This document shows positions 37,803 through 48,600 of a stretch of DNA of 64,000 nucleotides, piece by piece; position 1 is the first letter of the stretch, and the number at the start of each line of letters is the position of its first letter. Under the pieces are notes generated by a model, which did not search any database, was not told the origin of the DNA, and saw only the letters and a program-made list of their open reading frames with translations. The position numbers were made by a program, and so were the translations under genes. The DNA is from a bacterium (GTDB lineage Bacteria; UBA8248). Location: NCBI GenBank assembly GCA_965199855.1, contig OZ241326.1, forward strand, positions 2,752,001-2,816,000. The letters are read 5' to 3'.

Positions 37803-39080
37803 TCAGAAAACCTGCGGAACCAAAGGCATGATTTGCCCCGCCTGCCGAAGCGCCATGACTTTCGAGTCCGGCCGCGCCGTCTCCAGGGCGCCGTCCACCG
37901 CCGCCTGTATGGACCCGGCCCAGCCGAACCCCATTCTGTCGGCCGCCTCCCGATCGATGTGGGGAGAAACCAATACGCCCTTCACGCGCCCGGAGATGAT
38001 TCTGCCGATGGCGACGAGCGTATAGGCCAGGAGCTTTTCCTGAAATTCCCCCGCTTCAACCGCCCGGTAGAGAGAATCGGGCTCCCGGAATCCGCAACGC
38101 TCGAAATTCGGAAATTGCGGAGAAACGCCCTCGCGGCAATCCGCGGCCAGGATGATGACTCCCCCGTCCCGGCAGACCACGTCCGCCGAGCATACCGCCT
38201 TGATGGCCTGGCGAAGATCGATGTCGGACGGCCAGGCTTCCGCCACGACGACGTCCGCCGCCGCGCCAACCGGCACGCCGTATAACTCCAGACAGCGCTC
38301 GCACCCCGCCCTGTGGGCCGATTCCACGTCTCCCGCGACGGCGTCATAGATTCTCTCGTCATCCATCATGATCGTGTTGACGATGAAGCGGACGCCGGCC
38401 TGGCGCGCGACGCGAACGCAGGCTTCTCTCACCTTGTTGTCGAAATTGCCGAGGATCTCGCGCATTTCGTAATCCAGGGCGGCCCAATGGGTCGCCTCTA
38501 TCGTGGCCTCTCCGCAAATGCCGGGCATGACGCTCTTCGCCCCGCCGGAGAACCCCGCGGTCGCGTGGGGGATGATGCTGCCGACGGATACGAGGAAATC
38601 CACTTCCAGGACTTCCCGGTTCATCTGAACGTCGAACCCCAGGTCGCTGAATCCCAGCGAGGCCAGCCGCGAGGGGTTTTCCCATTCATGGTTCAGAATG
38701 CGGAACCGCGAGACCAGCGCATCGCCGAACTTGCGGCGCATCTCCGCATTCGTCATGGCGCGATGCGTCCCCAGGCCGATCAGAACGCGGACGGACGAAT
38801 CCGGGACGCCCGCCTCGGCGAGCTCCTCCAAGATGGGGGGGATCACGCGATGAAGAGGGGTGTGGCGCGTATTGTCGTCCGTGACGATCAAGACCCTCTT
38901 CGCGCCCCGGGCCGTCTCCCGCAGGGGCGGCGCGCCGATCGGGTTCCGAATTCGCCTTCGCAGGGCTTCGTCATCAAGGCCCTCGCCGTCCGGCGGCTCA
39001 GGGCCATAAACGCCCAGCAACCGCTCGTCCTCCACCTCGAAATCGCCGAACAGATCTTTCGTCAGGGATATTTTCGCCAT
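37803..39080 (-). CDS. larA: LarA-family nickel-pincer-nucleotide racemase/epimerase
   Basis: DDNTR, GLGTHR, NH, PHATAGFSGGAK, QAIK; ATG 39080 overlaps the upstream stop (TGATG). Confidence 0.88.
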   Translation of the reverse strand: MAKISLTKDLFGDFEVEDERLLGVYGPEPPDGEGLDDEALRRRIRNPIGAPPLRETARGAKRVLIVTDDNTRHTPLHRVIPPILEELAEAGVPDSSVRVLIGLGTHRAMTNAEMRRKFGDALVSRFRILNHEWENPSRLASLGFSDLGFDVQMNREVLEVDFLVSVGSIIPHATAGFSGGAKSVMPGICGEATIEATHWAALDYEMREILGNFDNKVREACVRVARQAGVRFIVNTIMMDDERIYDAVAGDVESAHRAGCERCLELYGVPVGAAADVVVAEAWPSDIDLRQAIKAVCSADVVCRDGGVIILAADCREGVSPQFPNFERCGFREPDSLYRAVEAGEFQEKLLAYTLVAIGRIISGRVKGVLVSPHIDREAADRMGFGWAGSIQAAVDGALETARPDSKVMALRQAGQIMPLVPQVF

Positions 39081-40978
39081 CAGCGCGCTTCCGGCTCGCT
39101 TTTCCACAATCCCGAATCCGCCGAGGAGAACAGATCCACCCATTCCGAACGCCAGTTTCTGCTGCCTCGACAGTGGTGATGCGCGAATTCATCAACGGCT
39201 TCCCGCGTGCGGCCGTCCTCCCACCACGAATCAACGTCAGGCCAGACGGCGTTCAGGTGCCTCGCCGCGCTCTCGGGCGAGGAGTGAAGAACGTTCACGT
39301 CGGCCAGTTTTTCGACGTAGGATTTCGCATGGCGCGAGATGCGCCAGACGTTCTCGTTCCAGAAAAAGAGGGTCGGTATCCTCGCCGCTATCACGAATAG
39401 CGGCACCGATCCCGGCGCATCGAGAACGCAGACGCCGCATTGAGACAGCGCGCGCGCCAGCCGACCCGATATATGGCTTAGCAGTTTCCCGGACAAAATT
39501 TTCATTTCAGGATATCTTTTCTCCATATAGGCCCGGTCGTATCGATCGCTCGTTTGGTGTATATGCGGCCTATACCACAGGGCGGCGCGCGGCCCGTCCT
39601 TCAAATGTTCGATGAACCTTATCTTTTCCTTCATGCACCGGCTTAAGTCCTCAGGCATAAAATCCGTCTGCACCCATTTTGAATAGACGGGCAAGAAGGA
39701 ACTTATCATAATGATGGATGAGTTTCGCTTTTTGCGCCGCTTCATTTTTGAAAGGAGGGGAGAGGAAGCCGGGACGGCGGACGCTTCATAGTCGGATTGA
39801 CGCTCCCAGCCCCATGATACGAATCGATCAGCCACCTCGTAGTCCACGAGATTGTAAAAAGACGCCGTTTCGACCAGGCCAACCACTCCCCCGTGCTGAC
39901 TGCCAAGAAGCCTTACGGGGCGACTTTCCAAAAGGCCGGCCGCGTAGAACCTCCAAGGGTCATATTCGCCCGTCAAAAACCCGCTGATGAGCGCGTCCGT
40001 CCAGGACGCCGTCGCTTTTATCTTCCTCAGCGACCTTCTCTCGTTTTCCCGAAAGTCATCCGTGAACGCTTTGGGAATCGTCTCCTCGATCAATCCATCC
40101 AGCTCCCGCAGGAAAATCCCGGCTCCCTCGGCGTCCATGCCATGGAGCGATTTGATTTCTTCAATCGCTTCATCCCTTGTGAGGTTTTCATTTTTCGCCC
40201 CGCGCATTTTCTGAAACGATCTTGCCGCATCCCTCCAGCGCCTCCCGTTGCGAAGCCGGAGGCGGAGGGAAAGATACAGGCTGTCCAACAGGCCCAAACC
40301 GGAAACCCTCTGAAACTGGACATATCCCGGATTGGAGAAAAGGATGCTGGCCCAATGGTATATTTCCATTTTTCTTTGCGATTTCCTGAATCCGGCATGG
40401 TTGGCGTGGCCGTCCCGGACGAGCTTGTTTTTCTGAGCGTCCGCGGAAAAATACTTGTCCGGCGGGGCGGGCGCGCCGTCCCGCATCTCCCATCCCTTCG
40501 GATCATAGGCGCGCAGAAACCTGCTGAGGATAAGCCGATTCAACGGGTCGCCGAACATCATCATCAGATTAAAATGGGGCGTTGTGACGGGCGAAAAGGC
40601 CTCATCCCGGGGCGAGAGATACGCCAGATACGGAACGCCGCTCGACGCCCGATTTCTGATTCGCAGAAATCGCTCGAAAGAACACATGACCAGCCTGAAC
40701 AGCCATGGCATCATCAGTATTCGCCAATACCGATCGGAATAGGAGCGGCTGTGCCTCTCGTTTTGCCGGCGGCTCAACTGAAGAGCGTAAAACTCGCAGA
40801 CCTTCTCCAGACTCCTCGAAACGCGCCAGATATCCTCGCTTCTCAATGCCCGTCTGATTCCGTATTTTTCCCATTCCCACTCGAAAAACTGCTCGTCCAA
40901 AAGCGACCAAGGCCCCAGATGCTCAACTTCACGTCCGCTTTCGACAGGATCCATTTTCGTCAGAATCAGCTGCTTCAT
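39080..40978 (-). CDS. putative transferase (resembles LIC12162/TIGR04331 family)
   Basis: HLGPWS, YWRILMMPWL, SQHGG, FVSWGW, PTLFFW, HSSPESAARHLN..W.DVDSWW; the ORF-track extension across the tRNA is spurious. Confidence 0.7.
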   Translation of the reverse strand: MKQLILTKMDPVESGREVEHLGPWSLLDEQFFEWEWEKYGIRRALRSEDIWRVSRSLEKVCEFYALQLSRRQNERHSRSYSDRYWRILMMPWLFRLVMCSFERFLRIRNRASSGVPYLAYLSPRDEAFSPVTTPHFNLMMMFGDPLNRLILSRFLRAYDPKGWEMRDGAPAPPDKYFSADAQKNKLVRDGHANHAGFRKSQRKMEIYHWASILFSNPGYVQFQRVSGLGLLDSLYLSLRLRLRNGRRWRDAARSFQKMRGAKNENLTRDEAIEEIKSLHGMDAEGAGIFLRELDGLIEETIPKAFTDDFRENERRSLRKIKATASWTDALISGFLTGEYDPWRFYAAGLLESRPVRLLGSQHGGVVGLVETASFYNLVDYEVADRFVSWGWERQSDYEASAVPASSPLLSKMKRRKKRNSSIIMISSFLPVYSKWVQTDFMPEDLSRCMKEKIRFIEHLKDGPRAALWYRPHIHQTSDRYDRAYMEKRYPEMKILSGKLLSHISGRLARALSQCGVCVLDAPGSVPLFVIAARIPTLFFWNENVWRISRHAKSYVEKLADVNVLHSSPESAARHLNAVWPDVDSWWEDGRTREAVDEFAHHHCRGSRNWRSEWVDLFSSADSGLWKSEPEAR

Positions 40979-41025
40979 TCGTCTCCGCCACATTCTATCA
41001 ATCGCCGTCGCGCGCGCCCTGCTCC

Positions 41026-41103
41026 TGGCGTCCCCAAGGGGATTCGAACCCCTGTTGCCGGCGTGAAAGGCCGGTGTCCTGGGCCAGGCTAGACGATGGG
41101 GAC
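41026..41103 (-). tRNA. tRNA-Glu (anticodon TTC)
   Basis: GTCCCCATCGTCTAGCCTGGCCCAGGACACCGGCCTTTCACGCCGGCAACAGGGGTTCGAATCCCCTTGGGGACGCCA; cloverleaf, GTTCGAATC T-loop, encoded CCA. Confidence 0.97.
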
Positions 41104-41283
41104 GGGCGGGCGGCTCGTTGTCCGGGAGGCGCGGCGCCCCCGCTTCAAGGGGCGGCTTATACCAGTTTTCGGAGCGCGAAGCCATCCGGCCGGAGCGCTC
41201 AGGCGCGCAGGACGACGAGCGGCGCCCCGGCGATCGAACGCGCGCGCGCCCGGAATATCCCGCCCCGGCGCCGCGCGAAGGAG

Positions 41284-42498
41284 CTAGGCGAGATACTTTT
41301 CCGGGTCTTTCAGAAACCCGACGGCCGCCTGCGCGAAGACGCCCGCGCCGACCGGCAGGGCGTCCTCGTCCAGGTCGAAGCGGTCGGAGTGCAGCCCGTG
41401 AACGAAGCCCTTCTCCTCGTTCAGCACGCCCACGCGGAACATCGCCCCGGGACGCTCCGCCGTCATGTAGGCGAAATCCTCCGCCCCCATCGAAAGCGGC
41501 ATCTCGCGCACGTTCTCCGCGCCGAGGACCCGCTCGCCTGCGTCCCGGACGAGCGCGGCGGCCGCCTCGTGATTCACCAGGGCGGGATAGCCCGGCGCGA
41601 TTTCGACCTCGATCTCCACGCCGAAGGCCTCCCCCACGCCGCGCGCCACCTCGCGCACCCGCCTGCGAACCATCTCCCTGACCCTCGGAGCGTGCGTGCG
41701 GACGGTTCCCCGCAGCCGCGCCTCCCGGGGGACGACGTTGACGGCGACGCCGGACTCGAAGCCCGTGACGGAGAGAACGGCGGCCTCCAGAGGGGCGACG
41801 TTTCTGCTCACGACGCTCTGGAGCGCGCTCACCAGATGCGAGGCGGCGAGCAGGGCGTCCTGCGACTGATGGGGGTAGGCCGCGTGCGAGCCCTCTCCCC
41901 GAACGTGCAGGAAGAGCTTGTCCGAGGTCGCCATGACGGAGCCCGCGCGGACGCCGATGCGGCCCGCCGGCATACCGGGCCACACGTGGGCGGCGATGAG
42001 CATATCCACCCGCGGCTCCTCCAGCACGCCCTCCTCCACCATTCTCCTGCCGCCCGCCTTGCCCTCCTCGGCGGGCTGAAAGATGAACTTGACGCCGCCG
42101 CCCAGGCCGTCGAGCCGGTCCCCGCCGCCGGCGAGCAGGCGCGCCGCGCCCAGCAGCATGGCCACGTGGGCGTCGTGGCCGCAGGCGTGCATCTTCCCCG
42201 GGCGGCGGCTCCTGTAGGGCGCCTCGTTCGCCTCCTCTATGGGGAGGGCGTCCATGTCGGCGCGGATGCCGAGAACGGGGCCGGGGCGTCCGGCGTCGAG
42301 CAGGCCGACCACCCCCGTCTCCGCGACGCCCGCGCGGACGCCGAGACCCAGGCTTTCGAGATTCTCCGCGATGAGCCGCGCCGTCTCGCGCTCCTCGTAG
42401 CCGAGCTCCGGGTTCATGTGAATCCCGCGCCTGATCTCCGAAAGCCAGGGCCGCAGGGACAGGGCGGCGTCGCGCATCGATTGCGGCGTATCCATCAC
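41284..42498 (-). CDS. M20D amidohydrolase
   Basis: HMNPEL, RADMDALP, MHACGHD, FQPAEEG, AEDF, LHS. Confidence 0.93.
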   Translation of the reverse strand: MMDTPQSMRDAALSLRPWLSEIRRGIHMNPELGYEERETARLIAENLESLGLGVRAGVAETGVVGLLDAGRPGPVLGIRADMDALPIEEANEAPYRSRRPGKMHACGHDAHVAMLLGAARLLAGGGDRLDGLGGGVKFIFQPAEEGKAGGRRMVEEGVLEEPRVDMLIAAHVWPGMPAGRIGVRAGSVMATSDKLFLHVRGEGSHAAYPHQSQDALLAASHLVSALQSVVSRNVAPLEAAVLSVTGFESGVAVNVVPREARLRGTVRTHAPRVREMVRRRVREVARGVGEAFGVEIEVEIAPGYPALVNHEAAAALVRDAGERVLGAENVREMPLSMGAEDFAYMTAERPGAMFRVGVLNEEKGFVHGLHSDRFDLDEDALPVGAGVFAQAAVGFLKDPEKYLA

Positions 42499-42559
42499 GG
42501 ACCCCTTGAAATCGCCTGATCGTCCCCCGGAGCAGGCAGGAAGGCTTCTTCCCCGAAAA

Positions 42560-44233
42560 TCAGAAGTCCTCCGGGGAGAACTCGGGCAGCGCCCTCAGCG
42601 CCGCCTTGATATCCTCGCGCTTGTGCTTGCGGGTCGTGGTCTTGGGCATCTCCTCGTCGAGCCAGAGGAAAAAGCCGGCCGGCCTCTTGTAGTCCGCCAG
42701 CTGCGCCCCCAGGCGCCTGAGTTCGGCGTCGGCCAGCGCCGTCCGCTCCTCGCGCCCTTCCGGCAGGCCGGCCGCCTCGGGGTCGAGGGCGAGGACGGCG
42801 AAGACCTCCTCCCCGCCGCGCGGCGTTCTCCTCCCCAGGACGCACGCCTCCCGGAACCATGCGCTTCCCAGAAGATGCTCCTCCACCTCTTCGGGATAGA
42901 CGTTTCGGCCGGATTCGGAGACGATGACGTTCTTGGAGCGGCCGCAGATGGTGAGGTAGCCCGCCTCGTCCACCCGGCCGACGTCCCCGGTGCGGAACCA
43001 CCCCTCGCGCAGGACTTCGGCCGTGAGCTCCGGGTTCTCGAAATAGCCGCGCATCACGTTCGGCCCGCGTATGAGGACTTCCCCCTCGCCCGCGTCCGCG
43101 CCCTCCACGGGCTCGACCCGCGCCTCCACGCCCGGTATCGGGGGGCCGACGGTTCCGATTCTGTTGCGCGCCCCCGGCGGATTCGCGTGGGTGATGGGGG
43201 AGGTCTCCGTCAGGCCGTATCCCTGGATCACCTCGATTCCCAGCGCGAGCAAATCGCGCGCCACGCCCGCGTCGAGCGCGGCGCCCCCGCTCACGAAATA
43301 GCGCAGATTCCCGCCGAGGCTCTTCCGCACCTGCGGAAACAGCGCCCCCCCGACGCGCCAGCCCATCGACAGGCAAAGCCCGGAGAGCGCGAACAGGAGG
43401 CGGAAGACCACCCTCTTCGCCCCCGCCAGCGATTCGACGCCGGCGAAGACGCGCTTGTGGATGAGCCGCGCGAGGGCCGGCACCATCAGGCAGATGGTGA
43501 CGCCCTCGCCGCGCATGGCGTCGGCGATGAGGCGCGGGTTCAGCGAGGCGAGGTAACGCACGCCGGCGCCGCTCATCAGGGGAATCAGCAGGCCGCCCGT
43601 GCTCTCGAACATGTGGTGAAGCGGCAGAATCGAGAGAAAGACGTCCCCCTCCCCCGCCTCGAAGGTTCCGAGCACGGCGCGCACGTTGGAGGCGATGTTC
43701 CCGTGGGTGAGCATGACGCCCTTGGGCGCGCCCGTCGTTCCCGAGGAGAAGGAGATGAGCGCGAGGTCGTCCGCCCCCCGCCCCGCGCCCGGAAGCTCCG
43801 CAGGCGATGGACCAGCCTCCCTCTCCCCGTCGAAGCGCAGGACCTCGCAGGGAGCGGACGCGCCTTTCGCCAGCGCGCGGGCGCGCTCCTCTCCCCCCGA
43901 GTCCGTCAGGAGGCAGACGGGCCGCGCCCTCGATAGGACGTTCGAGAGCTCGCCGTCCTTCAGGTTCACGTCCAGGGGGACGAAAACGCCGCCCGCGAGC
44001 AATACGCCGAAATAGCCCACCGCCCACTCCGGCTGGTTCGGCGCGAGCAGGGCGACCATGTCCCCCGGCTTCGCGCCCGCCTCCATGAGCGCGCGCGCCA
44101 GGGCGGACGCGCGCCCGAGCAAATCCCGCCTCGTGAGCGAGACGCGCCCCCGCCCCTCCACCTCGCCCTCCAGGGCCGTGGAATCGGGAAACTTCGCCGC
44201 CGCCTCGCTCAGGAGGCCGATCAGGGTGTCCAT
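42560..44233 (-). CDS. long-chain acyl-CoA synthetase (AMP-binding)
   Basis: SSGTTGAPKG, QGYGLTE, GWFRTGD, GRSKNVI. Confidence 0.9.
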   Translation of the reverse strand: MDTLIGLLSEAAAKFPDSTALEGEVEGRGRVSLTRRDLLGRASALARALMEAGAKPGDMVALLAPNQPEWAVGYFGVLLAGGVFVPLDVNLKDGELSNVLSRARPVCLLTDSGGEERARALAKGASAPCEVLRFDGEREAGPSPAELPGAGRGADDLALISFSSGTTGAPKGVMLTHGNIASNVRAVLGTFEAGEGDVFLSILPLHHMFESTGGLLIPLMSGAGVRYLASLNPRLIADAMRGEGVTICLMVPALARLIHKRVFAGVESLAGAKRVVFRLLFALSGLCLSMGWRVGGALFPQVRKSLGGNLRYFVSGGAALDAGVARDLLALGIEVIQGYGLTETSPITHANPPGARNRIGTVGPPIPGVEARVEPVEGADAGEGEVLIRGPNVMRGYFENPELTAEVLREGWFRTGDVGRVDEAGYLTICGRSKNVIVSESGRNVYPEEVEEHLLGSAWFREACVLGRRTPRGGEEVFAVLALDPEAAGLPEGREERTALADAELRRLGAQLADYKRPAGFFLWLDEEMPKTTTRKHKREDIKAALRALPEFSPEDF

Positions 44234-44304
44234 GGGGTTTTCTCCCGCTGTCTAAGGCTACATCCGAAACACAAGCTAGCCTGATCGAAGATCAGCTTTT
44301 ACGT

Positions 44305-44350
44305 TATTTGCAAATACAATTTGCGAAAGATTCCTGAATGAGAGTATAAA
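44305..44350 (+). promoter_or_regulatory. putative sigma70 promoter with adjacent perfect palindrome
   Basis: TATTTGCAAATA (44305-44316) then TTGCGA-N18-TATAAA. Confidence 0.4.
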
Positions 44351-44418
44351 CGGGAGACTAGCGATTTTGAAAACAATTAAAATCAATCACCACGCGAGAT
44401 CAAAGAGCGGATTTCGGC

Positions 44419-46041
44419 ATGAGCTATCGACAACCAAAACCAGACTCAAAGGAATACTCTGAACTAATCTATGAAATTGAGAAGGGAATTATCAAAATTC
44501 CGAAATTCCAGCGCGAGTTTGTTTGGAGTGTCGATAAAACCGCCAAATTATTGGACAGCATCCTTAGGGGTTATCCAATCGGCACATTCATCCTTTGGGA
44601 AACCGAGCAACGACTCAACGACGTCAAAAATGTCGGCAATTTGAAAATTCCCGACACTCCGGACGGAACCAAAGTGTAGTATGTCCTTGACGGTCAACAG
44701 CGTATCACGTCGCTTTTCGCTGCTTATCGTGGTGCCAAAATACAAAAGTCCGGCGAAAAAATGACCACCAATTACCATGACATCTTCGTCAACCTCGACT
44801 GCGAAAATGACGAGCAGATAATAACTTCCGAACCAACAGGGGATAAATACCTATCGCTTCATGACGTTTTGCATTTCGACTTTGAGAAAAGCGAAGAGCT
44901 AAAAGAAAATGGATTCAGTAAAAAAGAATTGGGGATTATTAGTAAGTACTCTATGGAGTTCAAGACTTACGAGTTTTCCACTGTGGTCTTGCGAAAAGAA
45001 GATATTGATTCGGCAATCGAGGTATTCACGCGCATTAACACAGGCGGGCAAACCCTCACGCTTTTTGAAATCATGTCAGCAAAAACCTATGACGAAACCC
45101 AAGACTTTGACATGCAAAAGAAGTGGAGGGGTTGCAACGAAGAACTTGAAAAAATCGGTTATGAGGGTGTTTCCAGCACAGTTATTTTGAACGTGCTTTC
45201 ACTGGTATTGAGTCGGACCAAGGAATGCAAGCGTAAAACTATTTTGGCACTGGACAAACAACCTATTATCAACTGTTGGGATGACGCTATTTCCGCTCTC
45301 AAGGAAAGCATCGACTATTTTAGAACCAAATACCGTATCCCGGTATCCCAACTCCTTCCATACGATTTTTTATTGGTGCCTTTCGCGTATTTCTTTTACA
45401 TCAACAAAAAATCGCCGGAGGGCGCTCAGCGAGATTATCTTCAGGAGTTTTTCTGGCGCATGTCCTTGTCATCTCGTTACTCCAGCTCAACGGAATCGAG
45501 GCTAGCTCAAGACATTAGAAGAATCAACCGCATATTGGATAATGAACGTCCCGATTACAGCGATATTAAAGGCAACCTTGACTACTCTCCGCAGTCTTTG
45601 ATTGATACGAATTTCAGCACAGGAAATAGTTACTGCAAAGCAGTTCTATGCTTGCTGGCCTCCCGGGAACCCAAAGACTTTCTGGATAACGGTAAAGTAA
45701 TTCTGGATAACTCGTGGCTGAAAATAGCGAGCAGCAAGAATTACCATCACTTTTTCCCCAGGGCTTATTTGAAGGACAAACCCACCGCTCCTAAAAGCAA
45801 CAGTTTGGTAAATATCACGTTGGTCAGCGATCTCCTGAATAAACAGCAAATCAGAGCGAAATCACCTTCCAGATATATCGCTGATTTTCAAAAAGAGAAC
45901 CCTAATCTCAATGAAGCATTACATTCCCACCTGATAGATATGGAAGGATTTGGCATCGGAAACGATGACTACGACGCCTTCCTTCAAGCTAGAGCTGAGT
46001 GGATGTACAAGGAACTTAAAGCCAGAACAGTCTGTGGATAG
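44419..46041 (+). pseudogene. GmrSD-like DUF262/HNH (type IV restriction-like) gene interrupted by in-frame TAG at 44677-44679
   Basis: IPKFQREFVW, SILRGYPIG, then KV*YVLDGQQRITSL continuing in frame; C-terminal NYHHFFP...NSLVNITLV..LN. Confidence 0.85.
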
Positions 46042-46842
46042 CGACGACTTTATCCGCTAAAAACCTATCATCTGGCAATCTCGCTTTCTCGCCGATTCAC
46101 CCTCGACACTATCCGAAACGCCTCGTCAGATCACATCAGGCGCTTTCGCACCTGCCAGGCGGCGAACTCGCCGGCGAAGACGAGCGCGATGATGGCCAGC
46201 ACCAGCACGCCCGACTTCTGCCACTGAAACTGCTTGACGTAGAGGAACACGTAAAACCCCAGCCCCCCCGCGCCGACCAGGCCCAGAACCGCGGAGTCGC
46301 GCAGGTTCATCTCGAAGCGTATGGCGAGGTGGGCGACCATCTGCGGCAGCACCTGGGGGATGAGGCCGTGCTGGATGATCTGGATGGAGGAGGCGCCCGT
46401 CCCCCGAAGGGCGAGCAGGGGTCTCGGGTCGGTCGCCTCGATCTCCTCCGCCACGAAGCGGCCGAGGACGCCGACGGAGTGGGCCGCCAGCGCCAGCGCG
46501 CCCGGGAAGGGCCCCAGCCCCACGGCGGAGACGAACAGCAGGGCGAGCAGCAGGAGCGGAATGGAGCGGATGAACGCCATGAGCGCCTTGACGGGCAGAT
46601 GCACCCAGGCGGGCGTCCAGTTCGAGGCGGCGAGCACGCCGAGCGGATAGGCGAACAGCGCGCCCAGAAACGTGCCGGCGATGGTGGTCTGCAGCGTCTC
46701 GACCGAGGCGGCCAGCAGAACGTCCCACACCGACCAGTCCGGCGGCGCCATGCGGCCGAAGAAGTGAAGCAGCCGGGGAATCCCCCGCCAGAACTGGCCG
46801 AAGGAGAACTCGGAGCCCCGGAACGACCAGAGCAGAAGCGCG

Positions 46843-47688
<846 letters not shown>

Positions 47689-47691
47689 TCT

Positions 47692-48600
47692 CTACTCCCT
47701 CAAAAAGCCATACTTGCGGGCCATGGCGGCCACCGGCTCGTAATGGGCGGGGCCGACGCGGACGTAGCCGTCCGTCCCGTACAGGGCGCGCCTGAGCGCG
47801 CGGCGCTCCGGCCGGTTCAGCTTCAGCATCGCCTCGATGAACGCTCGCCTCACGTCGGGCGCAAGCCCCCTGCGCGCGACCACGCCGTGGCTGGGAATGC
47901 GGGCGGACTGCGCGATGGCCGCGATCTCGCCGCGCCGTTCGGGCGGCAGAAGGTTGAGGGCGTATTGGCTGACGCCGGCGGCGTCCACGAAGCCGCCCGC
48001 CACCGCCTCCATCGCCTGCTGATCCCCGCCGGCAAAATAGACCCTGCGGAAAAACCCGCCCTCCGGCTTTTCCGGCCCGCCCTTCACGAGCCCCGCGCGG
48101 ACGAAGACGTCGTGGGGATACATGAAGCCCGAACTCGATATGGGATCGACGTAGGCGATCGTCCCGCCCCGGAGGTCGGCGAGCGTTTTGACGCCTCCGT
48201 CCCTGCGCGCGAAGATGCGGGAGTAATAGTAGGGCTTCCCCTCGTATATCTCGCCGAGAACGGCCTCGACCCCCGCGCGCCTGCTCGCCAGAACGTAGGG
48301 CAGGGGCGGCAGGAAGCTCACGTCCGCCTTCTCGGAGATCATGGCCTCCACCGCCGCCGAGTAGTTCAGGGTGATGAAATGGCGAACCTTCCGCCCCATC
48401 TCCCTTTCGAGAAACCGCATCGCGGGCCGCGCGCCGCTGATGAGCTTCTCCGGGTTCTCGATCGGGACGAACGCGATTCGCAGCTCCTCCCCGGCCTCGG
48501 CCGAATGGCCCGGCGCGGAGAGAAGCAGGGAGGCCGCGAGAAGAACCCTCCCCGACGCGCCTGACAAGAATTTCCGGGCGATGCGCATGGCGCTCCTCAT
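47692..48600 (-). CDS. phnD: PhnD/PtxB-family substrate-binding protein
   Basis: Signal peptide; NYSAAVEAM, YYSRIF, DPISSSGFMYP, IPSHG; ATG 48600 overlaps the upstream stop (ATGA). Confidence 0.85.
   Translation of the reverse strand: MRSAMRIARKFLSGASGRVLLAASLLLSAPGHSAEAGEELRIAFVPIENPEKLISGARPAMRFLEREMGRKVRHFITLNYSAAVEAMISEKADVSFLPPLPYVLASRRAGVEAVLGEIYEGKPYYYSRIFARRDGGVKTLADLRGGTIAYVDPISSSGFMYPHDVFVRAGLVKGGPEKPEGGFFRRVYFAGGDQQAMEAVAGGFVDAAGVSQYALNLLPPERRGEIAAIAQSARIPSHGVVARRGLAPDVRRAFIEAMLKLNRPERRALRRALYGTDGYVRVGPAHYEPVAAMARKYGFLRE

Larger units (their letters stand above)
44262..46119. mobile_element. AT-rich single-gene islet bounded by 9-bp direct repeats ATCCGAAAC
   Basis: Sampled 60-nt lines are 30-48% GC versus 78% in the left flank; repeat at 44262-44270 and 46111-46119; no integrase or transposase. 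Confidence 0.5.

Noticed and set aside
40994-41983. N-terminal extension making a 967-aa ORF
   Set aside because: Runs through tRNA-Glu and off-frame within the M20 gene; the real start is near 40978-40993.
44677-44679. Pyrrolysine or genome-wide TAG recoding
   Set aside because: TAG ends many genes here (e.g. 54217, 58137, 62529, 63793), there are no pyl genes in the window, and DUF262 is not a known Pyl family.
44271-46110. Integron cassette or IS interpretation of the AT-rich islet
   Set aside because: No attC-like RYYYAAC...GTTRRRY hairpin, terminal inverted repeats or transposase recognised.
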